A DNA stretch of 64,000 nucleotides from Squalus acanthias (Eukaryota), in assembly GCA_030390025.1 (NCBI GenBank), contig CM059433.1, forward strand, positions 21,144,001 to 21,208,000. Reading direction: 5' to 3'. Under the pieces are notes generated by a model. The model was not told the DNA's origin, did no database searches, and worked only from the letters and a program-made list of their open reading frames with translations. Within the stretch, counting starts at the first letter, position 1; each line of letters begins with the position of its first letter. The translations under genes were made by a program, and so were the position numbers. Shown piece by piece: positions 1 through 13,716 of the stretch.

Positions 1-631
1 AGGCACAACCAGAGAACAAAGCTATCTGTTTTAATCTGTGTTAGAGATGTAACAGAAAATCAAGTGGAATACTGTGTATTGAAATTCCAATTTGCACAGC
101 ATCCATCTTATTGCAAACATTCATCATATTCTATTGTACAGTGAAGAATGATTACATTTCAGTGCAGATGCACTGAATCTGATGTATATTAATCATTTGT
201 GTGACAGTTTTTCTGACCAATTATTTATTTCAGTTACTTAATTGCAGCCAATTTGTGAGCTCTGTGACTTCAATTTTAGTGTTTTCTTTTCCAGAAATGT
301 ATCAGCAAAGAAATATTTAATTCTCAAAATAAAACTTTGCTGAAAATAAACTTGGAAATATAAAGATGTTTTGGTGGTGGATCCTGTTGGTGTACCAATA
401 TGTTGTGCCCTGAAACCTAGATTAAAGATTTGCTGTTGCAATTCTTCCACCCCTTCCTCCCTCGATACATGCCAAACAGCATTGTATCAAGGTGACATGG
501 TGACATTTTACGTTTCAATCCATGAGTCACCTTGTTAAAGTTTCACAAGAAAATCTGCTTTTTTCACTGGGATTTGAAGTGGTCAGTATGAGTCAATCAG
601 ATCAGTTCGAAGATTGGACAGGAAGCTATTG

Positions 632-870
632 GAATCCGAGGGGCGATGAGGAGACTTTTTTTTTACGCAGTGAGTTGTTATGATCTGGAACGCACTGACT
701 GAAAGGGTGGTGGAAGCTGATTCAATTGTAATTTTCAAAAGGGAAATGGATATATGCTTGAAAAGGAAACATTTGCAGGGCTTTGCGGAAGGAGCAGGAG
801 AGTTCAAAGAGCCAGCACAGGAACGATGGGCTGAATGGCCTCCTTCTGTGCTGTATGATTCTACAATCAT
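632..870 (+). mobile_element. CR1 LINE 3' fragment
   Basis: IWNALTERVVEADSIVIFKREMD C-terminus; tail gggctgaatggcctccttctgtgctgtatgattct. Confidence 0.85.
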
Positions 871-3083
871 TTAGACCAGAGTAGGAGTGGCAGCTGTCAA
901 TTCAACCAATCAGACTGACATTACTTTCTTGCACTGTTGATTGCAGACAAAGTTGATTTAGAAAAGTTTCAAGCTCAGCTGATAGCTTTGTGAGAATTAT
1001 CAATGCGAATTTTAATTCAGAATTTGCAGGGGCTGAGACGAGTGCCAAATCCCACTGACCTCTGCAGCGTGAGGCCCTGGAAAGTTTAACTCCCAGTCCT
1101 CATCTGCATGACCCATTGAAACCGGCAGGAAGTGACAACTGGTAAAGAGAGAGAGAGAGAGAAACACAGAGAAACACCCTGTTGTGCTGGAGTGGGAAGA
1201 GAGAGACAGACATCCTATTTGGGGGTGGGTGAATAAAGAGAAATGGATACTTTTGAGTGGGATTGGGAAGACAGGTGGACAGATATTCTGTGGGAGGGAT
1301 GGAGAGAGAGAGACCTGCTGGGGCAAATGACCTTTTTGAGGTAGAGGTGGGGAGAGACATCCTATTAAGTGGGGAGATAGTGGAAGAGGCAGGAATATAA
1401 ACCCTATTTGGAGAAGGGTAGGCATCGCTGGTTCTTCTGGGGCAAGGGAAAGGTTCCTATTAGGATTTTGCAGGAGATTTTCCAGTAGTAATGCTTGCTG
1501 TACTAGTTTTCCTTAAGCGGTCAATTAACTATGGGGGCATGACCTGGGAACAGAGGGTCTCATATCAGATTGTAGTGAGGTCCGTGGATCATGCCACACT
1601 CACATCGATGAGTGATAGCTTAAAAGGAACAAGTTTACCTTGCAACTCACTCATGCAAGGGATTTAAGGGTAATTTTCCATAAGCTATGATTATAATAAT
1701 GCATTAACATTAAACATTCAAAAGTGTAGGCTCATGGACATTCAGTACTCATCACTGTAATAAGACATAAACTGAGGATGTCTCTCAAAAAATGTTAGAT
1801 TTAATTTAACTGCTGCAGTCCATTAAAAAACATCAACACATTAATCTGCTTACATTTAAATGCGTCTCATGATCTTATCAAATGTTTAAAAATCTTCCAC
1901 CCATTGAGCATGTCTCTCTTGCTGTCCATCAAGTGCCTGCTAGATTTCTATGTTACACCTATTCTGATCTTCAGAGCAGAAAGCCAGATTTCCTGTTGGT
2001 TTCATCCTCCTAATCTCCACGCCCCCAGTCCTGCGCTGGATTACTAGTTTCATCTGTGCCATAGTCGGGAGCTGTTGAATAGATACTCAGTCACAGGGAG
2101 GAAAGGATGACCATAGAGGTCTCCTTAGGTCACTGGTTGTGGACTTCTTGGCAATAGATTTCAGAATGATATTGACAAAGGGCTAGAGACTTGGTCACCT
2201 GGCTGGCACTTGCCCATGGACGGCTTATGGCACAGAAAGACCAAAAAAAGTGGAAGCAGACAGACACACATGCAATAAGGAAAACAGAGTAAAAGGGAGC
2301 TTGTGTTAAGTAGTCATTCGCAGGCTATCGCCTTCTGACAAACCATAGAGTCTTTTAATCGTTCATTATCCATCTATTCAATTTAAGAAGATTTTCTACT
2401 TCATTTGCAGTGGCTCCCATGCATAACTCGAGTCTACTTTTACAGAAAATTATTTTAGAGCCATTCCACCAAATCCACCACTCTTCCCCAACCACTTCCA
2501 CCCACTTATGGGCAGGTGTATTGTAATACTATGAAGATTATGAATATATAGCATTAGCACATAGTAATTATATCACTCATCTTATTTGTTGTATATTGTA
2601 CTTATCCTTTAAGTCCACCAATAAAAGAGACAGCCATTGGTAATAACTCGAGTTGCAAAGATTACACTTGGTGGCATGTTTTTCTAAAAATGACCTCTGC
2701 ACATTTACTGTAACTCTATAGTGCAATAGTATGTACACTGCTGCAGTGGGTTCAGTATTTACATCTCTGATGTGCCACTGATCTAAAAACCATTCACTTA
2801 CTTTCTCTCTCTCCTCTGGTACTTCATTTTAATTCATTGCTGCAGTGCACCAATGACTGTAGATGTCAAAGCTGGGCCTACACTGAGTTTTCCATCCTCC
2901 TCAGTGGTTTATTTCCTCCTTTACCTCCTGATTATCCCAAGTTCTTTCCTTCTGCCATACCCTCACCGGTCTCTCCACACGTTGTTTTTCTTGTCCAGGC
3001 AAATATGCAGGAACGGTTTGTCCATTTTTTTCAATTCACTCCTTAGATTTTCTTCCCCATCTCATCTGAGCTCTCCTCTTCTG

Positions 3084-4555
3084 AACATAAGAACATAAGA
3101 AATAGGAACAGGAGTGGGCCATTCTGCCCTTCGAGCCTGCTCCGCCATTCAATTAGATCATGGATGATCTTCTACCTCAACTCCACTTCCTGCACTATCC
3201 CCATATCCCTTGATTCCCTTAATATCCAAAAATCTATTGATCTCTGCCTTGAATATACTCAACGACTGAGCATCCACAGCCCTCTGGGGTAGAGAATTCC
3301 AAAGATTCACCACCCTCTGAGTGAAGAAATTTCTCCTCATCTCAGTCCTAAATGGCCAACCCCTTATTCTGAGACTGTGACCCCTGGTTCTAGACTCCCC
3401 AGCCAGGGGAAACATCCTCCCTGCATCTATCCTGTCAAGCCCTGTAAAAATGTTGTATGTTTCAATGAGATCAGCTGTCATTCTTCTAAACTCTAGGGAG
3501 TATAGGCCTAGTCTACTCAATCTCTCCTCATAGGACAATCCCCCCATCCCAGGAATCAGTCTGGTGAACCTTCGTTGCACTCCCTCTATGGTAAGTATAT
3601 CCTTCCTTAGGTAAGGAGACCAAAACTGTACACAATACTCCAGGTGTGGTCTCACCAAGGCCCTATATAATTGCAGTAAGATGTCTTTACTCTTATACTC
3701 AAATCCTTCTGTAATAAAGGCCAACATACCATTTGCTTTCCTAATTGCTTGCTGTACCTGCAACTTTTAGCGATTCGTGTACAAGGATATCCAGGTCCCT
3801 CTGAACACCAACATTTCCCAATCTCTCACCATTTAAAAAATACCCTGTTCTTCTATTTTTCCTACCAAAGTGGATAACTTTACATTTCTCCACATTATAT
3901 TCCATTTACCATGTTCTTGCCTACTCGCTTAACCTGTCTATATCCCTTTGCGAAGAGGATATAGTGCATCCTCCTCATAACTTACATTCCCACCTAGGGG
4001 AATCATCAGCAAACTTGGATATATTACATTTGGTCCCCTCATCCAAATCATTGATATAAATTGTAAATAGCTGAGGCCCAAGCACTGATCCTTGCGGTAC
4101 CCCACTAGTTGCAGTCTGCCAACCCGAAAATGACCCATTTATTCCTACTCTCTGTTTTCTGTCCGTTAACCAATCCTCAATCCATGCTAATATATTACCC
4201 CCAATCCCATGAGCCCTAATTTTGTTTAATAACCTCTGGTGTGGCACCTTATCGAATGCTTTCTGAAAATCCAAATACACCACATCCACTGGTTCCCCCT
4301 TATCTATTCCGCTAGTTACAACCTCAAAAACCTCTAACAGATTTGTCAAACACGATTTCCCTTTCATTAATCCGTGTTGACTCTGCCCAATCATATTATT
4401 ACTTTCTAAGTGCCCTGTTACCACGTCCTTAATAATAGATTCCAGCATTTTCCCTACTATTGATGTTAGGCTAACTGGTCTATAGTTCCCCGTTTTCGCT
4501 CTCCCTCCTTTCTTAAATAGTGGGGTTAAATTTGCTACCTTCCAGTCCGCAGGAA
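3084..4555 (-). mobile_element. 5'-truncated CR1 LINE with frameshifted RT
   Basis: ORFs 3975-4601 ([37 protein letters not shown]) and 3158-3763 (LVRPHLEYCVQFWSP); (ttcttatg)n tail at the left end. Confidence 0.95.
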
Positions 4556-5304
4556 GCCTGAAGAAGGGTATGGCATTCCAGTGCCTCACCCAACAGGCCA
4601 TTAATCAAGTATGCGCCAGGACAGTGATGACGAGCAGTTTAACCAATAGCGGCCACCACAGCTGAACCCGGTCCTGAACTCACCTGACATGTGTATACTT
4701 GCAGTTCCAGCACGTCACTGAATAGCAATTAGGAGCACAAAGCCTGCTTATTTTTCCCGCTTTTAGCCCAGTGGATTCTGAGGGCAATTGTGGCATCCTC
4801 ATTGCTACTGTAACTAAGATCAACCAATCCACACTAGGGATTGAATGTGCTTCCTTCCTGATCATCAGGCTCCAGTACCACGTTACATAGTTCAATTACC
4901 AAATGAACCATATCAGGGTGGGACAAAGAAATCCTTTTTAGAGGAGTGGTGTGCTCCATGGGAGACTAGAGTTCTTATGATATCCATATTTTTCTGTATA
5001 TATACATCTATCTATTAATCTATCCATATACATATAAATATATATTCTGTTTTAGAGCCATAATTAAATCTCCAGAAATATGTTGCAATCTACTCTTCTT
5101 AATTCAAAGTTCCTTAATTAAAACGATCTGCTAATTTAATGTTTTCCAGTACTAAATTTCCACTTTGCTGTTAATTAAATTTCCCAATTCATATTATTAG
5201 ATATTCAATTTTTTTTAATGCAAAATGACTTTGAATTATCAGAAGTAGTCCCTATTAATAATTTTATGGGGGCCAAATTTGTGGTCTATCTGAAAACTGA
5301 TTAG

Positions 5305-6015
5305 GGCGGATTTGTGTGGTGTGTGTGAAGAGGTTATTGGGATCAGTGAAGGAAGGTGTTTTTGGGATCGGTTTGTGTGGTGAATTTGAAGCTGGTTATA
5401 AAGAAAGAAAGACTTGCATTTATATAGCGCCTTTCACGACCATCAGACATCACCAAGCACTTTACAGCCAATTAAGTACTATTGAAGTGTAGTCACTGTT
5501 GTAATGTGGGAAATGCGGCAGCCAATTTACGCACAGCAAGCTCCCACAAACAGCAACATGATAATGACCAGATAATCTGTTTTTGTTTTGTTGGTTGAGG
5601 GATAAATATTGGCCAGGACACCGGGGATAACTCCCCTGCTCTTCTTTGAAATAGTGCCATGGGATCTTTTACGTCCGCCGGAGAGAGCAGACAGGGCTTC
5701 GGTTTAACATTTCATCTGAAAGACGGCACCTCCGACAGTGTAGCACTTCCTCAGCACTGCACTGGAGTGTCAGCCTAGCTTCATGTGCTCAAGTCCCGGG
5801 AGGGGGAATTAGAACCCACAACCTTCTGACTCAGAGGTGAGTGTGCTACCCACTGAGCCACTGAGTCACAGCTGACAAAGGAATGTGTTTGAGTGGCGTG
5901 AGTGAAGAGATTATTGGAACTAGTTTGTGTGGTGAGTTTGAAGTGGTGATCGGGATGGGTTTGCGTGGTATGTGTGTGTGCAAGATTTTTTTGGTGTGTT
6001 TGAACGAGCTATTAG
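5305..6015. repeat. degenerate ~35-bp minisatellite split by a SINE
   Basis: Recurrent gga(t/c)nngtttgtgtggtgngtttgaagnggttat units at 5305-5400 and 5880-6015. Confidence 0.6.
5400..5878 (-). mobile_element. tRNA-derived DeuSINE (SacSINE1-like), full length
   Basis: tRNA-like head (tgtcagc..gtggctcagtgggtagcac), Deu-domain ttgctgtgcgtaaattggctgccgc, L2-like tail aaaggcgctatataaatgcaagtc(tttc)n. Confidence 0.9.
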
Positions 6016-6904
6016 GCCAGGTTTGGGAAAGGTTATCGGTCTCTTCACAAAAGGAGTTATGAATCCCAGTGCGATGACACCTGGAAGATAACACTATTGT
6101 TCTGCCTTAGAGCGAAGTTAGCATCACTCGAAAACCTGCAATGTTTCTATCCACCTAAAAATGCCTTTAGAAAGGTAACCAGTCATTTTTTGGACATCAT
6201 ATGATCCACGAGTCCGGTTAAAAAAATTATGTTTAATATATAATAATTATTTTGGATTATTAGACAGCATAGCATAAAATGAATGCAATGTGCCACTTGC
6301 TATTGATTACATCTTACATTGGTTGCAGTAACAGTGCTGCCAGCTCGTTTATCTTCGGACTTTTGTTGGCTTGCAACCTGGGAAATTATGGAGTACTCCA
6401 ATGATTTGTGATATCTGTGAGATCTATTTTACTTTGTTAAATTTCTTGGGGTTTACAATCAGACAAGGATAGTTATTCCATTATTTAGAGTCCAGCGGTC
6501 AATCACGAAATTGAGAAGGTACTGCTTATTAATCCAAGTAAGTTCTTTACTCTTGGAGGTAGAAATAAATTATCATAAGGAAGAAGAATGAAATACTGTC
6601 TCAGTGATCATTTTGAATAATATAATTACAATGCAACTCCTCTGGTTTGCAATAGATATTTTGACATTTGCTCCTGCTGGCAAAGTTTTTGTCAATAAAA
6701 AGGATAAAATCTAAATGTCAGTTCTCTGAAATCCAATTTATTAAATTGCATTATTGAACCGCATTTCCTATTTCTCTAGAAAACTTAATTTGGACTGGGT
6801 CTGATGGTAGATGAAAACTATGGGGGGAATTTTAACCCCCAAAAGCAAGTGGGTTTGGGTCGGGTGGGAAGTTAAAATGTTAAAAATCTGAAGTAGGAAC
6901 TTTT

Positions 6905-7625
6905 GAGGGAGAAATTCCTCTCCTTTGCACCTCCTGTGGGGGGCGTTAATGGGGCGCAAAGGCCTTTTCGCCCGGGCGCGGCACTAACCGCACCTCCCAC
7001 CAAATTCCGCGGGAGGTTAGTGGCGGCGCTACCGGGTTGCGCCCCGATCTCGTGCCCGGAGATTGTGATGTCATCTCCGGGTGCATCACCCCGGCATGAA
7101 AATTCCCCTTCGCCCCCTGCAGCAGCGCCGGGTGATGGCAGCGACTGCTGCAGGGGACGCGAGCAGGGCAGCCGGCCGCTAGCGGGGCGGAAGTTAAAGG
7201 TGAGGTGGCCGGCCCCTGAAAAAAAGTCGGATTTTTTAAAAGCTGTTTTTTTCGCCTCCGGACTCGGCTGATCGCGCGGCACCCTCTCTCCCCGGTGGAG
7301 CAGGTAAGTTTTAAAAAAACTGCAGAGTTTCTAGTGTGGGGCCCTCCCCTTTAATTCAGGGAAGAGCTCCCGCAACACGGCAGCACCACGCTTGGCCACT
7401 TGTGGCGCTGCTGAGCACATCGCCCCGGGTGCGTCACGGGTCATGAACTTCCCCCCCTCTTGTGCTCCAAGAAGGAAGTGGAGCGCTTGATTTAGCGCTC
7501 CACTTCCCTCTTGGAGCAAAAAATAGGAATTTCAGAGAGGCTGGAAGATGTTAGCGCCTGGCGCTAACTTTTCCAGCTTTTCTGATTTAGCACCCCAAAC
7601 GGGGCTCGAGGGGAATTTCTTCCCC
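6905..7625. mobile_element. Harbinger-type MITE, family C, nested in the family B element
   Basis: TIRs gagggagaaattcc / ggaatttcttcccc; ttt TSD; CpG-rich with AGCGCT/GGCGCT motifs. Confidence 0.8.
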
Positions 7626-7881
7626 TTTGAGTTTTAACGGAGCCGGGTGGGCCGCGGGCAACAAATCTGTTATCAGGAGGCAGGTTGGTTGTGCAAACCG
7701 TTTAAGAAGGCTGCGTGCCTCCATTTTAACAAGGTTTCTATTTTTAACACACGTCGGCCGGGTTTCCATGCAGGTAAAAGGAGACGAGAAGGACTGGATC
7801 CATCAGGTAAGTGCCTTCAGAGCACTGCTTGTGGACCAGGAAGAACAGGAGTGTTTCCTTCAGGCCCAAGAAGCTTACCCT

Positions 7882-8103
7882 GTTAATCGCCCACCACCTC
7901 CACGATCATCCCCCAGCACCCCACCGTGATCACCAACACCCCCCCATCACCGATCGGTTAATCGCCCACCACCTCCACGATCATCCCCCAGCACCCCACC
8001 GTGATCACCAACACCCCCCCATCACCGATCGGTTAATCGCCCACCACCTCCACGATCATCCCCCAGCACCCCACCGTGATCACCAACACCCCCCCATCAC
8101 CGA
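7882..8103. repeat. 3 x 75-bp near-perfect tandem repeat
   Basis: Unit gttaatcgcccaccacctccacgatc...catcaccgatcg starts at 7882, 7957 and 8032. Confidence 0.95.
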
Positions 8104-8408
8104 CCCCCGATCTCCCCCTCGTTCTCCATCACTCCCCCCAACCCGCTCCTCTCTCCCCCTGATCTCCGACTCCCCTCCGATCTCTCCACGACCCCCCCAA
8201 TTTCTCCCCCAATCTCCGACCATGGAGTTAAAACTCAACCACAACTCTTCCCCCTCGCACCGGAACCCTGCCCCAGTAAATATCAGGGCTCTATAATTCT
8301 TTTGACGTTCCCCCAATGTAACCTCTTCTCTGCCTATTTCCGTCTTCTCACACTCAAACAGCTTAGTTGCATTCTCTTAGGGCACTGATGTACCCCTGCT
8401 TCACAGTG

Positions 8409-8468
8409 TCATAGAATCATAGAATGATACAGCACAGAAGGAGGCCATTCGGCCCATCGTGCCTGTGA
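8409..8468 (-). mobile_element. CR1/HE1-type 3' tail fragment
   Basis: catagaatcatagaatgatacagcacagaaggaggccattcggcccatcg. Confidence 0.75.
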
Positions 8469-8818
8469 CAGCGGAATCTCAGTGCAAAATAGCGCTTTGT
8501 GCGGTGAATGCATTTTGATGCTTAATGTAAAAGGGTACTTATGTGATGTGGACTACTGAGTGTCAGTGAGAATTTGCCTCACCTCATGTAACACCAGTGC
8601 TGCAAACTTACACATTAAGAGTGAAAACAAATACGCGCTAAATGCACAGCAGGTCAGATACCACTTGAAAGGGGAAGACAAGAAAATGTTCTGGTTGTCA
8701 GCTTAATGCATGATCTTGAAAGTTGAAAGTTGAAAGAAAAGCATGATCTTGCAGACTGTTGAACCCTGTGGGTTGTCACAATTTATCTTAATCCTGCTCT
8801 CAACTGACCTTCACAGCG

Positions 8819-8870
8819 TCACAGAATCACAGAATGATACAGCACAGAAGGAGACCATTCGGCCCATCGT
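8819..8870 (-). mobile_element. CR1/HE1-type 3' tail fragment
   Basis: Near-identical to the tail at 8409. Confidence 0.7.
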
Positions 8871-9072
8871 ACATTTACCAGTGTCCTATTCCTCTTAAAT
8901 CTTTCCACATTCTGAACCATTCCCAGCTGATCTCAGCCAGGACAACTCATCTCTCCCTTGGCTTCTGCTGACATTGCTGATCAGCCAGCCCACTAAGAAG
9001 TGCACGAGAGAGGCCTGAGATTATTATTTTCTCCCCCCTCCCCCTCTCACTGTGCTGCTATGCAGAAACTTT

Positions 9073-9784
9073 GGCCCCGATATTGACAGAGGCGGGTTGC
9101 GTAAGCGGGAGGGGGGGGGAGGAGTTTTCCCCCGCATGGTGTGGAGTTTTAACCGCACAGCGAGCATCTATTTTTAAGCAGGATCACCGCCCGGAAGCAG
9201 CCCGATTGACAGGCTTGGCTCCCTGTCAGGTGGGGAAAACTCTGGAGGAGGTCTCAGCCACAGGAGCTGGTAGGGAGCCTGCAGATGCGTTAGTGTGAGC
9301 GTTGCGGGGGGAGGGGTGAGGGTCTGATCCCCGATCCCGAGGGGGTGTCCGATCCCAGGGCAGAGGGGTGCCTTTGGATGTGGAGGATCTGATGGTGGGG
9401 AAGAAGGTACGCTTTGGAGGGGGGTGGGGGGGAGGAATGGGAGAAGCACTCCTGCTCCTCCTGGCCCACAAGCAGTGCTGTAAGGGCACTTACCTCTTCC
9501 CCAATGCTGTCCTCACCTCCCTTTATCTGCCTAGTTTCCCAAGGCCTGGGAAACCCGGCCGGCCAAGGTTAAACCTGGAAGACAGGTTAAATCTGAGGCA
9601 CGCAGCCTAATTATAATATTTAAATGGTCAACCCGCCCTCCTGGGAGTGGGTTGGTCGCCCACCCCCTGCCCTGCCTCGATTAAACCTGGAAGTGGACAG
9701 GTTGAGGTCGAATTTGAGATTTTAAAATTTTTTGCATTTGACCCGACCCCAACCCACCCATTTTTGGGGGTTAAGCTGACCCCC
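9073..9784 (-). mobile_element. Harbinger-type MITE, family B
   Basis: Ends ggccccgatatt / ttaagctgacccc; reverse-complement homology to 6822-8291 (cacaagcagtgctg..gcacttacct). Confidence 0.75.
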
Positions 9785-10321
9785 TTAGCCTCCACCATAG
9801 CCTGCTAGGTAATGGCCTGAAATCGCAGCTGCAAGGCTGCATCTTCCCACTTTTATTGAAAAAGATTTGTTTTACTAAGGCAACATAATTTTCTTCTGTG
9901 TTCAAAAGTTTTTAAGAGCCAACTGAATTGTGTTTTTAAAAAAATATTTCCTATATTAAACAAACAATAACTTTTCTATCAAGATAAGACCTGATTGACT
10001 ATTAATGACCTATATCCTAGTGGGATTCTTAAAGAATTCAAACAGTTGCAGATCGTAAAAATTCTCCCCCGCAAAAACTAGCTCAGTCAGATATATTTCA
10101 CACTTGTCTGTTCACCCATAGAGGACAGTTTCCTGGGTTTGGGCCCAGTACACTGATTGCCTGGTGCAGTGAATATCATAAATTGGGTTGGTTTGACTGC
10201 ACGGCTGTAAAAGAATTTGCCCGATTTTAAATGGAAGGAAAATTGGACGGCTTCTTTTGCAGGCGTGCGTTCCAACCTGCCCAAATTTTTCAACATTCTC
10301 TGCACCGAGGTGATCCAGTGA

Positions 10322-10787
10322 GTGTCAGCCGTGGCTCAGTCGGTAGCACACTTGCCTCTGAGTCAGAAGGTTGTGGGTTCATAGTCCCACTCCAGGGACT
10401 TGAGCACAAAAATCTAGGCTGGCACTCCAGTGCAGTGCTGAGGGCGCGCTGCACTGTCGGAGGTGCCGTCTTTTGGAAGCGACATTAAACCGAGGCCCTG
10501 TCTGCTCTCTCAACTGGACATAAAAGATCCCAATTATTTCGAAGAAGAGCAGGAGAGTTATCCCCGTTGTTTGGCCAATATTTATCTCTCAATCAGTATC
10601 ACTAAAAACAGATTATCTGGTCATTATCACATTGCTGTTTGTGGGAGCTTGCTGTGCACAACCGGGCAGCTGTGTTTCCTACATTATAACAGTGATTACA
10701 CTTCAAAAGTACTTCATTGGCTGTAAAGTGCTTTGGGACATCCTGAGATTGTGAAAGGTGCTATATAAATGTAAGTCTTTCTTTCTT
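10322..10787 (+). mobile_element. DeuSINE (SacSINE1-like), full length
   Basis: Same head, Deu-domain and tail as the 5400 copy. Confidence 0.9.
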
Positions 10788-11552
10788 GCTTTGAGTTGGA
10801 TGCAGAGCGAGGAAACTCTCCCCTTCAATTTCTCTCAGTGTCGATTCAATAAAATTAGTTTCTGAAGATATTGTATGAATTGCTGGAACCCAATCCAATT
10901 TCTGTTGCAATTCCACACATCAGAAAGCGGATTAGTTGATAAATAATTTAAGTTCAATAATCCGTGGAACAATTGCTCTCCATTTTATATGCAGAACATT
11001 GCATTAATGTGCGGAAGCTTGCATTAGTATTCAAATTATATTTAAATTTAGACATTTCTAATTAAAAGTTACTTTTGTGTGCTGGTGACGCTCTTGCACT
11101 GATCATATGCCAGCCTGTAAACGATAGCCCTGAATGTAAATGCTCAAATATCCCTTGTATTCCACAGAGTCATTGGGAAGTGAGGCCCACAGCTGTGATT
11201 TTCAACAATAGGAACATTCATTTGAATTAAAGAGCATTCTATAAATTGCAGCCAGTTATCATATTCCTGTGGACTGATATCTGATGGGTGTTAGATTATT
11301 TAAATCAAGTCGTATGAGTGTGCTATAAAATCACAAACACCAAGTTTATGACATATTAATCTGGGCTAGGTTGTGAGAACTCTTAAAATACTAATTGATT
11401 ATAGAGTCTTTCCAGCTGCCAGAAGCACTGACAGGATGAGATTTGTGTCCTCGTGAGAGATGAAACCTGTAATGTTGGGTTAGGACGTGCAGTGCTCTTC
11501 CGGGACTGTTGTGTATTTGCTGTATCCCTGTACACAAACGGTGCTAAAAAAT

Positions 11553-11801
11553 GAAAGTAGGGCTTGCATTTCTATAGCGCCTTTCACAACCTCAGGACGT
11601 CCCAAAGCTCTTTACAGCCAATGAAGTACTTTTTGAAGTGTAGTCACTGTTGTAATGTAGGAAACGCAGAAGCCGATTTGCGCACAGCAAGCTCCCACAA
11701 ACAGCAATGTGATAATGACCGGATAATCTGTTTTAGTGATGCTGATTGAAGGATAAATATTGGCCGGGACACCGGGGATAACTCCTGTGCTCTTCTTCGA
11801 A
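11553..11801 (-). mobile_element. DeuSINE 3' half
   Basis: Homology to the 5400 copy. Confidence 0.88.
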
Positions 11802-12454
11802 GCTGAAGTTAAAACCACAGAATTTGTTGAGCTTTACTTGGTGTCAGCTATTTGTTGCTTCTTGATGTATCTAGTCTTCTTTACTGTGGGTTTAATTCCA
11901 CCTGATAGAGCTTTGCTTGACGCGCTCACATGCAATTTCTTTGCGCTCTGCTTCAGCGCAGTTGCGAATCTGTTTAAAATAACCAGGTTAAACAACTGTT
12001 TTAATATAAAGCACAAAATAAATTTGCATGAAAAGGTTGGGCAGTTGAGAAGTTTTTACCTTGCTTTTAAGGCCAATAAAGACCGCTGGCAACCTCCATC
12101 AGTGCAGAGGGTGCCACTCCGATTTTTCACCTGGTAGGCGGGGTAGGCTCATTTGTTGCGCAGGTTGGCCTCTCCGTTTATTAAAATGACCCTGTTACTG
12201 AGATCTGACAATGACGCCCACATACTGATGGGTCAGGGGCCAGGAATCCCGCATTGTTGCATTTCTGGTAGTGGAGCAGGGTCCCCGGAATTTTGAGGCC
12301 CTCATCTTTTCAACTTTGGTTTCCTGGACTTCAGGCCTTGATCCCACTCACTTACGAATACAAAGGAAGCTACCTGGAACACCTGAGAATCAATTTCCCA
12401 ATATAAACAGAACTGTTGTGCAAGTACAGTAGTAGAGACTTTCCTGTGAACACT

Positions 12455-12517
12455 GATTGGAAAGATGTTTTACGACATTAAAGGCACTTTATAAATGCAA
12501 GTTGTTGTTGTTGTTGT
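12455..12517 (+). mobile_element. L2-type 3' tail
   Basis: ttaaaggcactttataaatgcaag(ttg)n. Confidence 0.6.
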
Positions 12518-13380
12518 AATGAGGGTATTTCGGGTGGTTGTTTTAATATGTTTTGTAAACACCCTTGCCTTTCTGAATTAATTTCTTTCCCGAACAGATG
12601 TGATAAGTCTGTTCTTCAGTTTCTGAGCATTTCTCAAAATATTCAAAGACAATAATGTGCAACCCCAGGGCCGAGAATGTATTCTCCTTATTCTACTGAG
12701 ACCTGAAAATGTGGTTCTTTCCATTCAAACTGGCATTATCCAAGGGTGGAAAACATATTGATGAGCTTATATTCCTTTTGTAAAGCAATGAGCATAATTC
12801 AGTATGAAAAGGTGTACATCACTTCCTCAATTGTACAGAGACAACACAATGACATATCAAGAACATTTTCATTTATTTTCTCTCTCTGATCACCTCTTGT
12901 ATTATTTTCTATTTGATGTTACTCTGCCTCATGTTTTCCTTTAAACCACTGGCGTGCTTCAGGATTCTTTGACCATTTTTCCACGAGGATCTAGCTACGA
13001 ATTATTTTAAAATGTGTGTTTTAAGTTCAAGCTTGCTTTAAAGGGGTTTGTTTCTCAGGACAGTCCCACGGTGGGATGTAAATTTGAAGTCAGATTATAT
13101 CGGAAGCTGTTTTCCCCAGAGACTAAGCAATCAGCAGCTCATTAATTTGTCTGGGTATTAGAAAAGACACCTCTGAACACTGTTGGTAAATGCTTTCCTC
13201 TGTGTCGGTCTGTGAGAGGAGGAGACTGCAGGGGGAGAGGTTCTGCCTTGGGTTGTAGGGCATGCAGAGGAATTATTAATTTAACTTAAGCAAGGTGACC
13301 CATCAAGGTGGCATAGCATAGCAGGTTCACTATTCTTATGTTATCAGATGTAGAGAAGTTGTACCATTTGAACTAAGTGA

Positions 13381-13716
13381 GGATGTTTCCCCTGGCTGGG
13401 GGGTCGAGAACGAGGGGTCACAGTCTCAGGATACGGGGTAGGACATTTAGGACTGAGATGAGGAGAAATTTCTTCACTCAGAGGGTGGTGAACCTGTGGA
13501 ATTCTCTACCACAGAAGGCTGTGGAGACCAAGTCACTGAATATATTTAAGAAGGAGATAGATAGATTTCTAGACACAAAAGGCATCAAGGGGTATGGGGA
13601 GAGAGCGGGAATATGGTATTGAGATAGAAGATCAGCCATGATCATATTGAATGGCGGAGCAGGCTCGAAGGACTGAATGGCCTACTCCTGCTCCTATTTT
13701 TCTACGTTTCTATGTT
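13381..13716 (+). mobile_element. CR1 LINE 3' fragment
   Basis: RMFPLAGGSRTRGHSLRIRG...VVNLWNSLP; ctaagtg on both flanks (candidate TSD). Confidence 0.92.

Larger units (their letters stand above)
6822..8291 (+). mobile_element. Harbinger-type MITE, family B, carrying a nested MITE and a tandem repeat
   Basis: Ends ggggggaatttt / aaatatcagggctc; tat on both flanks; core aggtaagtgcc..agcactgcttgtgg shared with the copies at 9073, 22590 and 59577. Confidence 0.75.

Noticed and set aside
7882..8103. CRISPR-like array or 161-aa His/Pro-rich protein
   Set aside because: Eukaryotic context, with identical units and no unique spacers; the ORF is a by-product of a 75-bp repeat.
11834..11972. Exon-like minus-strand segment (ttttaaacag|..FATALKQSAKKLHV..|gtaaag)
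   Set aside because: No recognisable protein similarity, weak donor, no partner exons, and antisense to CSMD1.
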